The position numbers and the translations under genes were made by a program. The notes beneath the pieces were generated by a model. That model searched no databases. It was not told the DNA's origin and worked only from the letters and a program-made list of their open reading frames with translations. 60,450 nucleotides of DNA from a virus (Duplodnaviria > Caudoviricetes), in the IMG/VR virus record IMGVR_UViG_3300032254_000005, positions 1 through 60,450 of that record; one strand, given 5' to 3'. Of this stretch, positions 58,277 through 60,450 are shown in pieces (position 1 is the first letter of the stretch; each line of letters opens with the position of its first letter).

Positions 58277-58648
58277 TTAGTCCTCCTGCGCAATCAGGGC
58301 TTTTAGGATGGCGATCAACCACGCTCGGGCGGGGCTTTCAGCTTCCGCTCGAAAATCATATCCAAGGCGCGGCTGTGTCATGGGGTTCCAAAGCGTCGCT
58401 TGCGACCAGTTAAAGCCAGACGCCCGAACCTCCCAACTCCATCCCGGCAAAACCTCCTTGTGCAGCGCTTTGGCGGCGTCTAGGGAACCCTCATACCCAG
58501 CAGAAAATAGATCGAACATGGACTCATCGAAGCACCTATCAAAGAGGCCGCAAAATTCCTCTGTGTAGCAGCGCTTTTCTGGGTGGATGCCTACCCCAGC
58601 ATCAACCATCACCAACAGGTCCGTCAGCGCTTCCTTGCGATCACTCAT
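58277..58648 (-). CDS. Phage hypothetical protein (ABA-sandwich-like)
   Basis: SLDAA..L...LPGW.W, PARA.L.A.L.A. Confidence 0.65.
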   Translation of the reverse strand: MSDRKEALTDLLVMVDAGVGIHPEKRCYTEEFCGLFDRCFDESMFDLFSAGYEGSLDAAKALHKEVLPGWSWEVRASGFNWSQATLWNPMTQPRLGYDFRAEAESPARAWLIAILKALIAQED

Positions 58649-59186
58649 GGCGATCACCGGACGCGACGGGCGGGTTGTCTTCTACCGGACCAACCCGCCA
58701 TATTTCCTTAATGCCGACCCGCTCTGCCCTGCGAATGAAGCAGACCGGACAGAGAATGCCGCCGGGATCATCCTTGCAGTCTTCGCCGCCCATGACACGG
58801 TTCCAGAGATCATGCGGCGCGAACCACACTGGGTTTTCCCCGCCGCACTCTTGACATCCTGTTTCATCAGGTGGCGTGGGCGTGTTGGTCAGCGCGAGAA
58901 TGTCTTGGGCTATTTTTACGCCAACATATTCCGCGCCATTTCTCCAATCGCGTTTTTCTTGAGTATCACCCCAGTCACGAGGGCGGGTCCATGCTTGTGT
59001 CGCCCCAACTGCCTCTCTCAGCCCCGCCTGCCGTCCTTCTTCGTGGGCTTTGTTAATCAGGTCTACAAGGGATAAGGCCATATTCACTGACGTTTCTGTG
59101 GCTTTAAACGCGCACTCTGCTGCGTCCATGGGTTGGCCGCACAGACCGCAAAAAGGATTGTTTAACAGTTCCGGTACTTCACTCAT
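58641..59186 (-). CDS. Hypothetical protein with CxxC motifs
   Basis: GAGGA RBS; C..CG, W....LW..V, LC..CF. Confidence 0.6.
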   Translation of the reverse strand: MSEVPELLNNPFCGLCGQPMDAAECAFKATETSVNMALSLVDLINKAHEEGRQAGLREAVGATQAWTRPRDWGDTQEKRDWRNGAEYVGVKIAQDILALTNTPTPPDETGCQECGGENPVWFAPHDLWNRVMGGEDCKDDPGGILCPVCFIRRAERVGIKEIWRVGPVEDNPPVASGDRHE

Positions 59187-59316
59187 GTCTTGTCCTCACG
59201 TGTCGATGTTTCAAAATACTGCGTGGTAGCTATTTTCCCGCAAGCGATGCAACGCCATTGGCCAAACCTGCCGCGCAGTTGAATAACCACATGCAGGCAC
59301 GCTCCGGTCTTTTCAG

Positions 59317-59616
59317 TCATTGATTGACCATTTTACGGTGTTGCGCTGCCCCCCGCAGCCTCTCCACCTCGTCCAGCGCGGCGGTGAGGGCGGCGTGAAG
59401 GTCGGGCGCAGCGGCGATCAGGCGGGCGTCCAGCGGGTCGCAATCAAACGCGATATAAACAGGTTGAATGCACTGGCCGATGTTAGCGATAAGATTATCG
59501 TCATCGTCCCACACAACAACATCTGTTGGGTCAGATATATCCACACACCACGGGCCTTTCGTAAACCCGGTCAGCCGCACCACCAGCGCGCGGGCTTCTT
59601 TGGTGTCTATGGTCAT
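59317..59616 (-). CDS. Phage hypothetical protein (Ead/Ea22-like motifs)
   Basis: T.GPW, ARLIAAAPDL, LDEVERLR. Confidence 0.7.
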   Translation of the reverse strand: MTIDTKEARALVVRLTGFTKGPWCVDISDPTDVVVWDDDDNLIANIGQCIQPVYIAFDCDPLDARLIAAAPDLHAALTAALDEVERLRGAAQHRKMVNQ

Positions 59617-59884
59617 TGCATTTTCCTCGTTTCATTCTGCGGGCCAGACGGGGGAGAGACCGCCCGACCCGCCAGCGACCGGGGCCGCTATTTCAAGATC
59701 ACAGCCAAATGAAGCCCGCGATTACTACCGCCGCCAGCATGAGCAGCGCCCACTGGATCGTGGAGTGGTTATTGCTGTCCTTCACCCGATCTGTGCGCGC
59801 CTCTTTTGTGTCCAATCCAAGCCATTTCCAAATTCGCATCCCAGATCTCCTTTCAGTTTGATAAATCCAGCCGCAGCAGGGCAG

Positions 59885-60450
59885 CTATTCTGGTGCGCCT
59901 ATAGAGCGCTTCGTCATTTGTGATCGCAGAGCCGCATCGCCCCATGCAGCGGCCGCAGCCTTTGCGACGCCTGGATAGGTCTTGCTGCGAAGCTTGGCGC
60001 GGTCTGGACCCGGCGGCATTCGGAACACCTGCTGCCATCTTTTGTATTCATCGCTCCCGCGCGGCGGCGGCGTCAGCTTGTCTGTCGGGGCTAGTTCAGG
60101 AAGGCCGATCAGGTAGAAGCCGGTTGCCTTGAACGCCGGATCACCAAACCACCAAGGCTGAACGATCTGCGGCTCTGGCAAGCCATTTATCCGCTCTCTC
60201 GCCCACTTATGCATCACCGGGTTCTCCAGCGCGCGCAGAGGTATTGGTGCATGGAGGCAGGCCTCGAACAGATCACATGCGGCCTCAAACTCTTCGATCA
60301 TGTCTTTCCATGTTCTGCCCTTGGGCAGTTTCTTTGGATGGGTCTTGTTCGGCCCGTAGAGCCAGCGCTGGCCTGCCCGACAGAGGCGGGTGCAAGGCGG
60401 GTGCATGACGCAGAGCAGGTGCCACGTCGGATCTTGCATCACGTCGCGGA
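59885..60450 (-). CDS. DNA cytosine methyltransferase-like protein (5' end outside window)
   Basis: HPPCT.L, ENP, QPW.FG...K.T, RSKTYPG.A.A.A..W. Confidence 0.75.
   Translation of the reverse strand, partial: RDVMQDPTWHLLCVMHPPCTRLCRAGQRWLYGPNKTHPKKLPKGRTWKDMIEEFEAACDLFEACLHAPIPLRALENPVMHKWARERINGLPEPQIVQPWWFGDPAFKATGFYLIGLPELAPTDKLTPPPRGSDEYKRWQQVFRMPPGPDRAKLRSKTYPGVAKAAAAAWGDAALRSQMTKRSIGAPE

Noticed and set aside
1-60450. tRNA, rRNA or host chromosomal genes
   Set aside because: None recognised by eye; prophage status cannot be determined from this window

Overview
The window is phage DNA throughout, probably from alphaproteobacterial podoviruses (host inferred). It holds two complete and unrelated virion-building kits. 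Phage A (1-~14.6 kb and ~51.4-60.4 kb) is P22-like: TerL, portal, scaffold, coat, gp4/gp10/gp26-like tail parts, ejection proteins, tailspike, a GH19 lysis cassette, a truncated IS1595 carrying a BstA-like defence gene, and leftward early genes. Phage B (~16-50 kb) is T7/BPP-1-type: amidase lysis cassette, Sak4/exonuclease, replication initiator, TerS, TerL, head-tail connector, capsid, tail tube A/B, internal virion proteins and tail fibre, with no visible integrase or repressor. B is bounded by a ~1.35 kb direct repeat inside the two tailspike genes (offset 35,439 bp) and a second 50-bp repeat. It therefore reads as a whole phage genome nested in another, either a real cointegrate or an assembly join across the repeat. 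The most striking local feature is a virion protein with ParB-like and RelA/SpoT domains whose gene hides an antisense 66-codon ORF with its own promoter-like sequence and a perfect Shine-Dalgarno, a candidate embedded immunity gene. Other highlights are a capsid protein with a prepilin-like leader and a tail protein with domains nested inside domains. Family calls come from motif recognition and synteny; no searches were run.
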